DNA of 36,867 nt from Elusimicrobiota bacterium. GTDB taxonomy: Bacteria; Elusimicrobiota; Elusimicrobia; Elusimicrobiales; UBA9959. The notes under the pieces are model-generated. The model worked only from the letters and a program-made list of their open reading frames with translations, was not told the origin of the DNA and did no database searches. The stretch spans positions 1-36,867 of the forward strand of contig JBAXKK010000018.1 of the NCBI GenBank assembly GCA_037137395.1. The letters are read 5' to 3'. Both the position numbers and the translations under genes were made by a program. Below are positions 19,733-28,767 of this stretch, one piece after another; position 1 is the first letter of the stretch; each line of letters begins with the position of its first letter.

Positions 19733-19854
19733 ACCATACACCATAAGCCGTACGCTTCGAGCCATGCGCGGCGATAATAAAACATAAGCCCCTAAGGGGA
19801 TCCCTTAAGGGCCTATGGCTTACAGCCTATAGCTTATGGCTTATAGCTTATGGC
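19733..19854. repeat. Inverted heptamer array pair, GCCATAA / GCTTATG family, with central palindrome
   Basis: ACCATAC ACCATAA GCCGTAC ... GCCCCTAAGGGGATCCCTTAAGGGC ... GCCTATG GCTTACA GCCTATA GCTTATG GCTTATA GCTTATG. Confidence 0.85.
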
Positions 19855-19857
19855 ACT

Positions 19858-19876
19858 AAAAAGCCTGCGGCTTTTT
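19858..19876 (-). terminator. Possible short intrinsic terminator at the end of the barrel operon
   Basis: AAAAAGCC-TGC-GGCTTTTT overlapping the stop codon; short stem. Confidence 0.4.
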
Positions 19877-21137
19877 AGTAAGACAACTGATACGCCACGC
19901 CAACGGTGTTGCCGGTGTAATTATAAGGCATGTATTTCTCGAATTTGTTATTGGAAGAGGCGACCATGAGCGAATAGAAAAGCCTCATTGTGGCCACATC
20001 GTTCATACGCTTGCGTATGCTGCCGGTCAGCGTGCTCATAAGGTTTTTCTGTTTGGAAGAAGTGTAATTATTATCGGTGTCGCGGGCGCCGCGCGAGGTA
20101 TATGTGCGCCGGGTTATATTCATTGAGCCGCCTATGGCCCATTTACCGGTTATATTCAGGTCCATGGGGACGCTCAGGGTCATTTCGTTATAGTCATAAT
20201 TCTTATCCACGAATGTGACATCTGAATCGCCGAGCGCGAGATTGGCGGCAGTCGCGCCCAGGAATTTGTACCTTACAAAATTCTGATTGGAGCGGTGCAT
20301 TGTGTAGGACACCATCGGAGATAATTCAAATATCCACAGCGTCTGCCTGAAGCCGGCGTCCAGGGCGACATTAGTGTCTTTCTGCTTGCTGCCGTTATAT
20401 ACGCCGGAATTATTCACAATTTCCTGGTTCTTGTAGTTCTGTAGGGTATAGGTGAACCCGCCGAAGAAACCGTTCCAGTTAGGCCTTAAGGAAAACTGCG
20501 TGAGCGACTGATCCTGCAAGCCGCCTGAAGTTTCGGAGGTGTTCCCGGCTGTCTGGAACTCGCGCAGAAGATCGGTATAGTTAGGGAATTTTATCTTCCT
20601 GGTAATAATGGTTGCCGTGATAAATCCGTTCTTCTCAAAGTCGAAGTTGTAATCAACTGCCAGCTGTCCGCCCACCGAGTTCATATTATAAAGACCGTTC
20701 TTCCATGCTTCATTGGCGCCGGTGCGGGAATAATCAGTCATAAGGGACAGCCCCGGCCGCACGCGAAACCGCTCGCTGAGATTCCTGCGGTACTCAAAGT
20801 TAAAACCATGCGACATATTGCGGTCGGAAAACTGCTTTGAATCTTGCGGCTGGAAGGCGGGACCTGAATAATTGAAATTATAGAGCCCGAAGAGCGAATC
20901 CTTCTTGGTTATCTTGGTCAGCAAGCCCACCTGTGTGTTAATATTTCCGCCGCTGAAGATATTGCCAGCGGAAGGCATGAAAGCAGCTTCCATAAGCGTC
21001 ATATCAAAATAAGGCGTGAAGATCTTTGAGTCCTCGGCCACGGCCGCAGAAAGGGTCGAGGGGAGAGGGGTTAGGGTAAAAGCGCCAAGAACCAACACTG
21101 TGAAAAACTTTTTTATATGCCAGACCGATGTTTTCAT
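19875..21137 (-). CDS. Putative outer-membrane beta-barrel protein, unknown family
   Basis: Signal peptide, alternating amphipathic Tyr/Phe/Asn-rich strands, C-terminal beta-signal-like VGVAYQLSY; GAGG SD. Confidence 0.7.
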   Translation of the reverse strand: MKTSVWHIKKFFTVLVLGAFTLTPLPSTLSAAVAEDSKIFTPYFDMTLMEAAFMPSAGNIFSGGNINTQVGLLTKITKKDSLFGLYNFNYSGPAFQPQDSKQFSDRNMSHGFNFEYRRNLSERFRVRPGLSLMTDYSRTGANEAWKNGLYNMNSVGGQLAVDYNFDFEKNGFITATIITRKIKFPNYTDLLREFQTAGNTSETSGGLQDQSLTQFSLRPNWNGFFGGFTYTLQNYKNQEIVNNSGVYNGSKQKDTNVALDAGFRQTLWIFELSPMVSYTMHRSNQNFVRYKFLGATAANLALGDSDVTFVDKNYDYNEMTLSVPMDLNITGKWAIGGSMNITRRTYTSRGARDTDNNYTSSKQKNLMSTLTGSIRKRMNDVATMRLFYSLMVASSNNKFEKYMPYNYTGNTVGVAYQLSY

Positions 21138-21207
21138 TTTTTAACCTCAATTAAAGTTGTCTGCTTATTTGGTTGCTACAAACTATCCGATAACCTGTAA
21201 CCTGCTG

Positions 21208-21963
21208 TTAAAAATTCAAATGCATATTCCACACCGGGTGAAACACGAGCACGCCTTCCGGATAAATATTTATTCCCAATTCAAATATTTTGCCGTACCA
21301 GCTGAGCTTGGTGGAAAAAGTCTGGGTTTTAAGTCCGTAATTCAACTGCATGCTCCAGAATTTATTTATCCCTTTAGGCGTCTCAATACCGGCCATAAGG
21401 AAGTCGTCCTTAAAGCCCGAATCAAAACTGCCGACCTTGGTGCCCATCAAATCAACTTCCTCACCCGGCTTAAACTTAAGCTTGGCGGCCAGTACGGAGT
21501 GCTTATAGCCCCAGAAGGTGCGGATCTTGGGGCTGACCGAGGAGCTTACTATCGCGCCCATATAATATCCGCCAAACTTGGCGCTGTCTATGGTTTTGGA
21601 GTCTTTGGTGGCCATCTTGGCCGCCAGCATATCCCAGTAGCCTCCAATCAGGTCCACCTGCGGCACGCCGGGCGCTATACGTCCTTCCGCGTGCAGGCGG
21701 TATTTGCCGGACATGTTGAGGTAGGTCAGCGGTATGGTGGTAGGGAAAAGCCCAGTCTGTATGCCGAAGCTCTTGCCGGGAGGCAGCGGGGTGGTGGCTT
21801 CCAGATCCTGCTGGAAGTCGTAGAAGAAGGCGGAGGGGTTGGCCACTATCTCGCCGACCATCTGCATACCTTTTGATTCCCAGTCCACAGCGGCAAAAGA
21901 CAAGCCGTTGAGGCACAAGAAAACTGCTAAAGTCAGTGTTATCCTTTTCATTAAATTCCTCAT
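21208..21963 (-). CDS. Putative small outer-membrane beta-barrel protein
   Basis: Signal peptide ending LSFA, amphipathic strands, C-terminal WNMHLNF; TAATG overlap with the upstream gene. Confidence 0.65.
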   Translation of the reverse strand: MRNLMKRITLTLAVFLCLNGLSFAAVDWESKGMQMVGEIVANPSAFFYDFQQDLEATTPLPPGKSFGIQTGLFPTTIPLTYLNMSGKYRLHAEGRIAPGVPQVDLIGGYWDMLAAKMATKDSKTIDSAKFGGYYMGAIVSSSVSPKIRTFWGYKHSVLAAKLKFKPGEEVDLMGTKVGSFDSGFKDDFLMAGIETPKGINKFWSMQLNYGLKTQTFSTKLSWYGKIFELGINIYPEGVLVFHPVWNMHLNF

Positions 21964-23765
21964 TAGTCGTTAAGTTTGGTCAGAGCCGGCAGCATTTTCT
22001 GCACCGCGGCCAGCGCCAGATCCGGGATAATGACCAGGTCGATGTTGCTGTTGCCGGCATAATAATCGCCTGGATCAATGCTCGTGTATGCGGCCGCGTT
22101 AGTTGCCGGCAAACCGGATCCCAGAGAGGCTGTTTTAATATACATCAGGCTCTCCCCGGCCACATTCTTAAGTATGGTGAACGGGTCCAGATTGGAGCTG
22201 GTAAAATCTTCCACCTGCTGTATGGCGCCTGAATTATTGATGGCGTAGTTTTCCTTAGCGTACCAGATATAGGCGCCCGGCTGGCCCCCTATAGTATACA
22301 GGTCCGCCCGATATTGCCACAGGGCCGGGTCTCCGGTAACCTCGTAATGGTTCGTCTTGCCGTTAGCCTGCGGCACCTGCAAAGCCCACCGCACATCGTT
22401 TAAGGGAAGGCCAGCTGTGTTAAAATTAGTCCAGGTTGCCCCATCATCGGTTGTGTACTGCATGGTCCCGTCAGATCCCACCGCGCCGGCGGTGTCCTTG
22501 ATGTCAAGCCGACTGATGGCGTTCAGCATCATCACAGCATCGCTGCCGGTCAATCTGCCTGTCAAAAGAACGCTCTGGTCGTTTGCGGAATTCTCTGTTG
22601 TCGGTATGCCGACCACCATCGGGTTGCTGACCAGCTCTTTGCGCACGGTATCGTATATGCTGCCTTCCCCTATAAAAAAGATATCTTCACGGTTGGTCCT
22701 GTTAGCCATGATGACGCTGATATAAACGGGGTCCACTGAATTGCCGTTGAAAAAGCCTGGCCATTCCTCTATGCGCTGCGGAAGCTCCTGATTGAATTTC
22801 ATGGTCATCTGCAGAAGATCCAGTCTGTTATCAACTGATGCCGCGCCGTTGTAAACAAAGCCGCCTCTGGCCGCGGCGGCGGCCGTGGTGTCCGAGTTAT
22901 TGTATACCGGCCGCTTGACCAGATTAAAAAACTGTAAAGTGCTGTTATCCGGACGCATCAGGCGCTGGTCAACGCGCACGGTATTGCCGTGAACATCTTT
23001 AAGCGTGCGGCCAGCTTCCAGATCAGACTCCTTCACGTTGTTGAGGAAAGTTTTTACCGAATTTTCCGTGCCGTTGGTCACCTTGGCGAACTCGCGTATC
23101 TGGGCGCGGTCGTGGTCTTTGGACTTCATCTCTTTACGGCGATCGTCCGGAGAAAGGCCGGGGTTCCAGTTCTCCAGCGAGGATTTTTCCTGTTCTGAGG
23201 TCATCATCGCGAGTTTAGCGGGCTTGCCTCTTTCTTCCAGGCTCATAGAGCGGCCCTGCGGAATATAAAATTCTGATTTCCCTTTTTCGGACGGGATCAC
23301 GAAAGAAAGCTTAACCTCTCCGTAGAGCACATTTATAACCATGGCGCCCGCTTCATTTGTATCTAAAGTTAATTCGGTACCCCTGACCGCGCAAACGGCG
23401 GACGGGGTCCTGACTTCAAATTTTTCCTTGCGCAGGAGATGCGGCACGCGCACCTTAATCTTGCCGAACACCAGGGCCAGGCGCGAGGCCAGCGTGGTGC
23501 GCTGCTCCAGCTCAAGGGTGGAGGATTCTTTGATCCACACCTTGGTTTTATTGGGCATCAGCATCACGGCCGAACCGTCGGCGCCGGAACGCACGGCTCC
23601 GCCCTCGGCTATCTCGATGTTTTCCGTGGCGGGGACCCATTGGCCTTCGCGGGTATTCCTCACTTCAATATTTCCGCTGAAAGCGATAATTTTGGCCTCT
23701 TCGGACGCGGCAAAGGCAGGGAGCGTCAGAATAAGGAGTAGTAAAGACAATATTTTTCTGTTCAT
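21963..23765 (-). CDS. Secreted FecR-domain protein with a large unrecognised C-terminal region
   Basis: Signal peptide MNRKILSLLLLILTLPAFA; FecR motifs VRSGADGSA, FEVRTPSAVCAVRGTEL, VLYGEV; start reset to 23765 from the promoter position. Confidence 0.8.
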   Translation of the reverse strand: MNRKILSLLLLILTLPAFAASEEAKIIAFSGNIEVRNTREGQWVPATENIEIAEGGAVRSGADGSAVMLMPNKTKVWIKESSTLELEQRTTLASRLALVFGKIKVRVPHLLRKEKFEVRTPSAVCAVRGTELTLDTNEAGAMVINVLYGEVKLSFVIPSEKGKSEFYIPQGRSMSLEERGKPAKLAMMTSEQEKSSLENWNPGLSPDDRRKEMKSKDHDRAQIREFAKVTNGTENSVKTFLNNVKESDLEAGRTLKDVHGNTVRVDQRLMRPDNSTLQFFNLVKRPVYNNSDTTAAAAARGGFVYNGAASVDNRLDLLQMTMKFNQELPQRIEEWPGFFNGNSVDPVYISVIMANRTNREDIFFIGEGSIYDTVRKELVSNPMVVGIPTTENSANDQSVLLTGRLTGSDAVMMLNAISRLDIKDTAGAVGSDGTMQYTTDDGATWTNFNTAGLPLNDVRWALQVPQANGKTNHYEVTGDPALWQYRADLYTIGGQPGAYIWYAKENYAINNSGAIQQVEDFTSSNLDPFTILKNVAGESLMYIKTASLGSGLPATNAAAYTSIDPGDYYAGNSNIDLVIIPDLALAAVQKMLPALTKLND

Positions 23766-23772
23766 GAGATAA

Positions 23773-23801
23773 ATTTTAATAGATAATTCACCTTGTGTCA
23801 A
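23773..23801 (-). promoter_or_regulatory. Sigma70 promoter, probably leaderless, for the FecR-barrel operon
   Basis: TTGACA-17 nt-TAAAAT-7 nt-ATG, no SD. Confidence 0.75.
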
Positions 23802-24003
23802 TAATAATATTTTGAGATAATAGAAGCAGGGGAAAGGCATTTTCTCCTATGAAAACAGCCTCAGTGTGTCCAAAGTCAAATGTGACTTAGGATACAAAGG
23901 CCGATGCGCGCGACCACCGCCGTCATACCCGGCCAGCGCGTAAAACCCCCCGTTAGCAATGGTTTTCGCTTACAATCAGGCGGGGATTAAGGAAACAACA
24001 AAT

Positions 24004-25263
24004 ATGAAAAAATCAGTAATACTCTCTTTTTCACTTTTTTTAACCGGTTGCGCGGCAACAATTAAACACCAAGTCGCAAGCGGCGTCTGCCCCCCCGGCT
24101 GCGCCCCGGTCAAAGGTGAGGCCATGCCTATAATTCCGGTGGCCCCCGGCACAGCCCCCTCTTTCGCTGATCTGGATGATAAAGCCTCTCTGATGAAAGC
24201 GGCCGCGCTGAACATGAAATATTTCCAGTCCCTTCACGGCGCCGCCATCCCCTACGCCTTCGGCTCAAGAAAAATAAACACCGACACCCTGGCCGCCTCC
24301 ACCAGCGAGTTCATGAAGATCCTGTCCGAAGCCAAAGATCAGATTGAGCTGGACCGACGCCTGAACGAGGCCTTCGATATTTATCAGTTGGCCGGCCGCG
24401 ACTCTACCGGCACCGTGGTCTTCAGCTCGTATTACGCGCCCACCCTGCCCGCCAGCCTCGAGAAAACCGCGCAGTATCCCTACCCCATCTACGCCAAGCC
24501 GGACGACCTTGTCACTATCAACTTGGAAGATTTTAACGAAAAATTTAAAGGCGAAAAGCTGACCGGCATGCTCAAAGGGAACACATTGGTCCCCTACCTG
24601 ACCAGGGATGAGATAGATTTTAAAGGCGCGCTGAAAGGCCGCGGCCTGGAACTTGCCTGGCTTAAAGACCGCGCCGACATAATGGATCTGCATATCGAGG
24701 GTTCCGGGCGTCTAAGTCTCCCGGACGGTAAATTTATTAAAGCCAATTTCGCTTCCACCAACAGCCTGAAGTTCAAAGGCTGGCTGACCGCCCTGGTGGA
24801 GATGGGCGGGCTCCCGCGCGAAGGCCTGAGCCATGAGAAAGGAAAACAATATATCGCGGAGCACCCGGACCAGGAACGCGCCATAATGAGCCAAAACCAG
24901 CGCTATACCTTCTTTAAACTTGAACAAATAACCGACCCTGAAGAAGGTCCGGCCGGCACTTACGGCTTCCCGCTGGTGGGTTGGCGCTCAATAGCAATAG
25001 ACAACGCGCTGGTACCCATGGGCGCGCTGGCCTTTATGAGCGTCACAACACCAGATGTTGACGACAATGGAGCCATTCTGGGACGCAAACAGGACAAGCG
25101 CTTTGTATTCTGCCAGGACACCGGCGGAGCCATAAAAGGCCCGGGGCGCGTGGATTTTTTCGCCGGCAATAGCGCGAAAGCGCGCACCTTCGCCTTTAAA
25201 CTTTGGGATCCCGGGGCCCTATATTTACTGGTGATCAAAGACGCCATAAGCCCTAGGCCATAA
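24004..25263 (+). CDS. mltA: Membrane-bound lytic murein transglycosylase A, lipoprotein
   Basis: Lipobox LTGC; SYYAP, LHIEGSG, RSIAID, QDTGGAIKGPGRVDFFAG (3D domain). Confidence 0.92.
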   Translation: MKKSVILSFSLFLTGCAATIKHQVASGVCPPGCAPVKGEAMPIIPVAPGTAPSFADLDDKASLMKAAALNMKYFQSLHGAAIPYAFGSRKINTDTLAASTSEFMKILSEAKDQIELDRRLNEAFDIYQLAGRDSTGTVVFSSYYAPTLPASLEKTAQYPYPIYAKPDDLVTINLEDFNEKFKGEKLTGMLKGNTLVPYLTRDEIDFKGALKGRGLELAWLKDRADIMDLHIEGSGRLSLPDGKFIKANFASTNSLKFKGWLTALVEMGGLPREGLSHEKGKQYIAEHPDQERAIMSQNQRYTFFKLEQITDPEEGPAGTYGFPLVGWRSIAIDNALVPMGALAFMSVTTPDVDDNGAILGRKQDKRFVFCQDTGGAIKGPGRVDFFAGNSAKARTFAFKLWDPGALYLLVIKDAISPRP

Positions 25264-25415
25264 ACCATACGCCGTATGAGAAAAGGTAGCGTCTACCTTT
25301 TGCACTTTTTTAAAAATGTATGAAAAATAAAGATAATTTTTTCAGGAGCACCAAAAAGGTAGCGTCTACCTTTTTATTTTTTCTGGCTTATGGCTTACAG
25401 CCTATGGCTTATGGC
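25243..25415. repeat. Inverted heptamer array pair spanning the mltA-namZ junction, enclosing two copies of a palindrome
   Basis: GCCATAA GCCCTAG GCCATAA ACCATAC GCCGTAT; AAAAGGTAGCGTCTACCTTTT at 25281-25301 and within 25353-25375; GGCTTAT GGCTTAC AGCCTAT GGCTTAT. Confidence 0.85.
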
Positions 25416-26579
25416 GCTCCCCCTGCCGCAGCAGGGGGGGCTTTGACTCTGACCGGGCTCGACATTCTCGAACGCGGAGACTTTGAACTGCTCAAGGGGA
25501 AACGGGTAGGCCTCATAACCAATCACACCTCGGTCGATGCAGGCGGCAGAAACGCCGTAGACGCGATGTATGAATCCAAAAAGGTAAACCTTACCGCTAT
25601 CTTTTCCCCGGAACACGGCTTCCGCGGGTCGGAGGAGGGCGGCATCCTGATAAGCAATTCCACGGATCCGGTGACAGGTGTCCCAATTTACAGCCTTTAC
25701 GGTAAAAATCAGCGCCCTTCTCATGAAATGCTTGCAGGCGTGGATATCCTGGTCTTTGACATACAGGATATCGGCGCCCGTTTCTACACTTACCTGACCA
25801 CCATGGTTTACGCGATGGAAGAAGCGGCAAAAAACAATATAGAGTTTGTCGTGCTGGACCGCCCCAACCCCATCGGTGGCGACATAGTAGAAGGCCCTAC
25901 CCTGGCCCCGGAAGTGAGTTTTTTTACGGCCTATCTGGCCGTGCCCGCGCGGCACGCTTTCACCGCAGGTGAAATGGCCCTTTTTCACAAGGATTATAAG
26001 AAGCTGGATCTGAAGCTGACCGTGGTGAAAATGGAAAACTGGCGGCGGAATATGTTTTTCAGCGAGACTGCCATTGTCTGGACCAACCCCTCACCCAACA
26101 TCAGAAGCGTTGACGCGGAAATACTCTATCCTGGTCTGGGTTGTTTTGAAGCGACAAATGTCTCAGTCGGCCGCGGGACCGATACTCCTTTCCTTTGGTT
26201 CGGCGCGCCCTGGATGAAAGCAGATAAGATCTCAAAAATGCTGTCCAAAGCCCCGCTTAAAGGCCTGCGATTCACTTCGGAGGAGCGCACGCCGGATAAA
26301 GACATTTACGAAGGCAAACCTTGCCCCGGAGTGGCCATAAAAGTACTCCGCGCAGACATGATACGCTCGCTGGACGTTTATGCATACGCGGTATATTACC
26401 TGCGAAAATATAATAAGAAAGATTTCACTCTGAAGGAAAAAGAGATAAAAAAAATGACCGGAAACTCCAGGCTTTACGACATGCTTGAGGCCGGGGCGAA
26501 ACCTGAGGACATCCTGGCCGGTTTTGAAAAAGATAACGCCCTGTTCAGGGAAACCCGAAATAAATTCCTGCTATATTAA
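25320..26579 (+). CDS. namZ: Exo-beta-N-acetylmuramidase NamZ (DUF1343) family
   Basis: VGLITNHT, FSPEHGFRG, YSLYG, FDIQDIGARFYTY, LDRPNP, PSPN, SVGRGT, C-terminal FLLY. Confidence 0.9.
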   Translation: MKNKDNFFRSTKKVASTFLFFLAYGLQPMAYGAPPAAAGGALTLTGLDILERGDFELLKGKRVGLITNHTSVDAGGRNAVDAMYESKKVNLTAIFSPEHGFRGSEEGGILISNSTDPVTGVPIYSLYGKNQRPSHEMLAGVDILVFDIQDIGARFYTYLTTMVYAMEEAAKNNIEFVVLDRPNPIGGDIVEGPTLAPEVSFFTAYLAVPARHAFTAGEMALFHKDYKKLDLKLTVVKMENWRRNMFFSETAIVWTNPSPNIRSVDAEILYPGLGCFEATNVSVGRGTDTPFLWFGAPWMKADKISKMLSKAPLKGLRFTSEERTPDKDIYEGKPCPGVAIKVLRADMIRSLDVYAYAVYYLRKYNKKDFTLKEKEIKKMTGNSRLYDMLEAGAKPEDILAGFEKDNALFRETRNKFLLY

Positions 26580-26630
26580 GTTGGCTAAAGATTATCCTCA
26601 GCTTGGCAGGAAAGTTCCCTTACAGTTTCT

Positions 26631-26661
26631 GCGAATGGCGAATGGCTAAAAGCGTCTGGCG
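26631..26661. repeat. Single heptamer array, GCGAATG family
   Basis: GCGAATG GCGAATG GCTAAAA GCGTCTG; the reverse strand reads GCCATTCGCAGAAA, as at 2882. Confidence 0.65.
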
Positions 26662-26693
26662 ATTATTATTCCGCGTACGACCAGCAGGACTCC

Positions 26694-26723
26694 TTGACCG
26701 GCAAACTGAATATGTGTTAAATT
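26694..26723 (+). promoter_or_regulatory. Sigma70-like promoter, probably leaderless
   Basis: TTGACC ... TGTTAAATT ending 6 nt before ATG 26730; no SD. Confidence 0.5.
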
Positions 26724-26729
26724 TAACTT

Positions 26730-27101
26730 ATGGGGAATAAAATACTTATAGTTGACGATGATGCTGAAATATCCAGCTTGGTGCAATGCACGCTTGAGTC
26801 AATGGACCATCAGGTCCGGGTGTGCGATAACGGCAGGGAAGTAATGGACACGCTGCGGTCATACAAGCCCGATCTGCTGATCTTGGACGTTATGCTTCCC
26901 GGCATAGACGGATATTCCCTCACCAACCTGATCACCGAAGACACCGACACCAAGAAACTGCCTATAATCGTCCTATCCGCACTTGAGCCTTCACGGGCCA
27001 TGTTTCAAAGGTTTTCCCAAGTGGCGGCGTTCCTTACCAAGCCGTTCAATACCGACGACTTGATGGAAGCCGTTAAAACCGCGCTAACCAATAAGCTTTA
27101 A
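26730..27101 (+). CDS. Single-domain response regulator (receiver only)
   Basis: ILIVDDD, ILDVMLPGIDG, LSA, LTKPF. Confidence 0.92.
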   Translation: MGNKILIVDDDAEISSLVQCTLESMDHQVRVCDNGREVMDTLRSYKPDLLILDVMLPGIDGYSLTNLITEDTDTKKLPIIVLSALEPSRAMFQRFSQVAAFLTKPFNTDDLMEAVKTALTNKL

Positions 27102-28021
27102 ATATTATTTCTGAATTCCGGCAGACATATCCTGTCGGGAGTTTTATTGTTGTACGGGCAGACATCCTGACAGATGTCGCACCCGTAGACATATCCCCCG
27201 GATTTCCTTATGATCTCTTCCGGAGCCGCAGTTTTGGACTGCGTAGTCCAGTAAGAAACGCAAAGCCCCGCGTCCAGGGCTCCGGAAACATTTAGCGCGC
27301 CGGTTGGGCAGGCGGCCGCGCACTTTCCGCAGGTTCCGCAGCCCTGCTCTGTATCCTGAACGGAACTTTTGCCGTGACCTGCATCCAGAGAAAGAGCCAG
27401 TCCTCCTATAAAAAAGTACGAGCCCAGCTCCTTTGATATAAGCAGAGTATTCTTTCCTCTGAACCCCAGTCCAGCTTGCCGCCCAAGCTCTTTTTCAAGC
27501 ACCGGAGAGGTGTCAGTAAAAGGTTTGCCTTCCGTGCCCGGGCAGGCCGCTTTTATGTCGGCCAGAATCAGCCCCAGCTTTTCCCGTATCACCTCGTGAT
27601 AATCTGGAACCAGGGCGTATCGCGAGATACTTGCGCCTCTGCCATCCGGGTCTATCCCTGCCGTGAATTCAGGCCATGGATTGCGCCCGCCAGAGCTATG
27701 TGGCGAGCGCCCGCTTTTTTCAAGACGGGCTGAGGGCCCGCCAATTTTTTTCAACGCGGCCGCGTAGTCCAGGCCGGAATGCCAGTATTGGAACGCGCAC
27801 ACCAGCACGGACTTCGCCGGGGGAAACCAGTTTCTGATATCCGACCTTAGAGACGGAGACCGCCGCAGATAGGCAAGACCGGCCGGAACGCCGGCGGCCG
27901 CGGCACAAAACCGCGCGTGTTCGGCTATAGCATCCGCGCGCACTATCCCGCAGGCGGACGCGCCGCGCTTAGAGGCTATATCCCGTATTTTTTCCGCCGC
28001 AAGAAGGGATGGAACTGTCAT
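27098..28021 (-). CDS. queG: tRNA epoxyqueuosine(34) reductase
   Basis: ISRYA, DYH, DTSPVLEK, AGLGFRGKNTLLI, GSYFFIG, CGTCGKCAAACPT, GCDICQDVCPYN. Confidence 0.9.
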   Translation of the reverse strand: MTVPSLLAAEKIRDIASKRGASACGIVRADAIAEHARFCAAAAGVPAGLAYLRRSPSLRSDIRNWFPPAKSVLVCAFQYWHSGLDYAAALKKIGGPSARLEKSGRSPHSSGGRNPWPEFTAGIDPDGRGASISRYALVPDYHEVIREKLGLILADIKAACPGTEGKPFTDTSPVLEKELGRQAGLGFRGKNTLLISKELGSYFFIGGLALSLDAGHGKSSVQDTEQGCGTCGKCAAACPTGALNVSGALDAGLCVSYWTTQSKTAAPEEIIRKSGGYVYGCDICQDVCPYNNKTPDRICLPEFRNNI

Positions 28022-28027
28022 CGGATT

Positions 28028-28642
28028 TCAGGAGCTTTTTGACTGCGAGGCATATTCCCACGAGGAATATATGTGCCAAAAATTTTCAAAGAAGGCCTGC
28101 AGGAACTCCTCGCGCGACACCTCTTTTTTCAGGATATCGGAAGCGCTGACCGCCGTGGCCAGAGACACCGCGTTGTTCAGGTTCACGCCTATGCCCAGAA
28201 GTATCCAGTTCGGGGTCTTGTTTATCGAGGCCGACTCGGTCAGTATGCCCGCGATCTTCAGATATTTCTTTTTTTGGGGATGCAGCGCGTAAATGTCGTT
28301 CGGAAGCTTCACGCGGGTGTTCAGGCCGTAAAGCTGTTTGAGTGTCAGGGCGGCCACGCTCCCGGCCAAAACGCTCAGCTCTCCAAGGAATTTAAGCCCG
28401 ATGAGGGGCTGAAGGATGAGCGTCATGTAAACTCCGCCGCGGCCCGATTCCCACTCCCTCCCCATGCGCCCCTTACCCGCGCTCTGACTTAGCGCCAGCA
28501 CCAGCGTGCCCTCCATATCGCCCTGAAGCGCGAGCTCGCGGGCCACTTCCTGCGTGGAGGTGGCGCTCTCCAACAGCACCAGTTTCTTTATGCCCGGCAG
28601 CGTTTCAAGCGCGAGCGTGTCTTCAGGATTCAAATCGTTCAT
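28028..28642 (-). CDS. birA: Biotin-protein ligase, catalytic domain only
   Basis: STQ, QSAGKGRMGREW, KLPND, KIAGIL, GIGVNLN; no N-terminal HTH. Confidence 0.88.
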   Translation of the reverse strand: MNDLNPEDTLALETLPGIKKLVLLESATSTQEVARELALQGDMEGTLVLALSQSAGKGRMGREWESGRGGVYMTLILQPLIGLKFLGELSVLAGSVAALTLKQLYGLNTRVKLPNDIYALHPQKKKYLKIAGILTESASINKTPNWILLGIGVNLNNAVSLATAVSASDILKKEVSREEFLQAFFENFWHIYSSWEYASQSKSS

Positions 28643-28699
28643 GAAAATAATCTCCTATTCCTAAAATCTCATGTAAGATCAAGTCGTCTTTCCGGCTCC

Positions 28700-28767
28700 G
28701 TCTCACCGGCGAAAGCCGGTGCCCAGATTATGGCATGACCCTGGACCCCGGCTTTCGCCGGGGAGAC
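28700..28767. repeat. REP-like palindrome doublet
   Basis: GTCTCACCGGCGAAAGCCGGTGCCCAG ... CTGGACCCCGGCTTTCGCCGGGGAGAC: two inverted GAAA-loop hairpins. Confidence 0.8.

Noticed and set aside
23766..23840. N-terminal extension of the FecR ORF in the ORF track
   Set aside because: It overlaps a consensus promoter; the signal peptide begins at 23765.
1483..25415. Repeat arrays as CRISPR
   Set aside because: Units are 7-8 nt tandem without unique spacers, and no cas genes are present.
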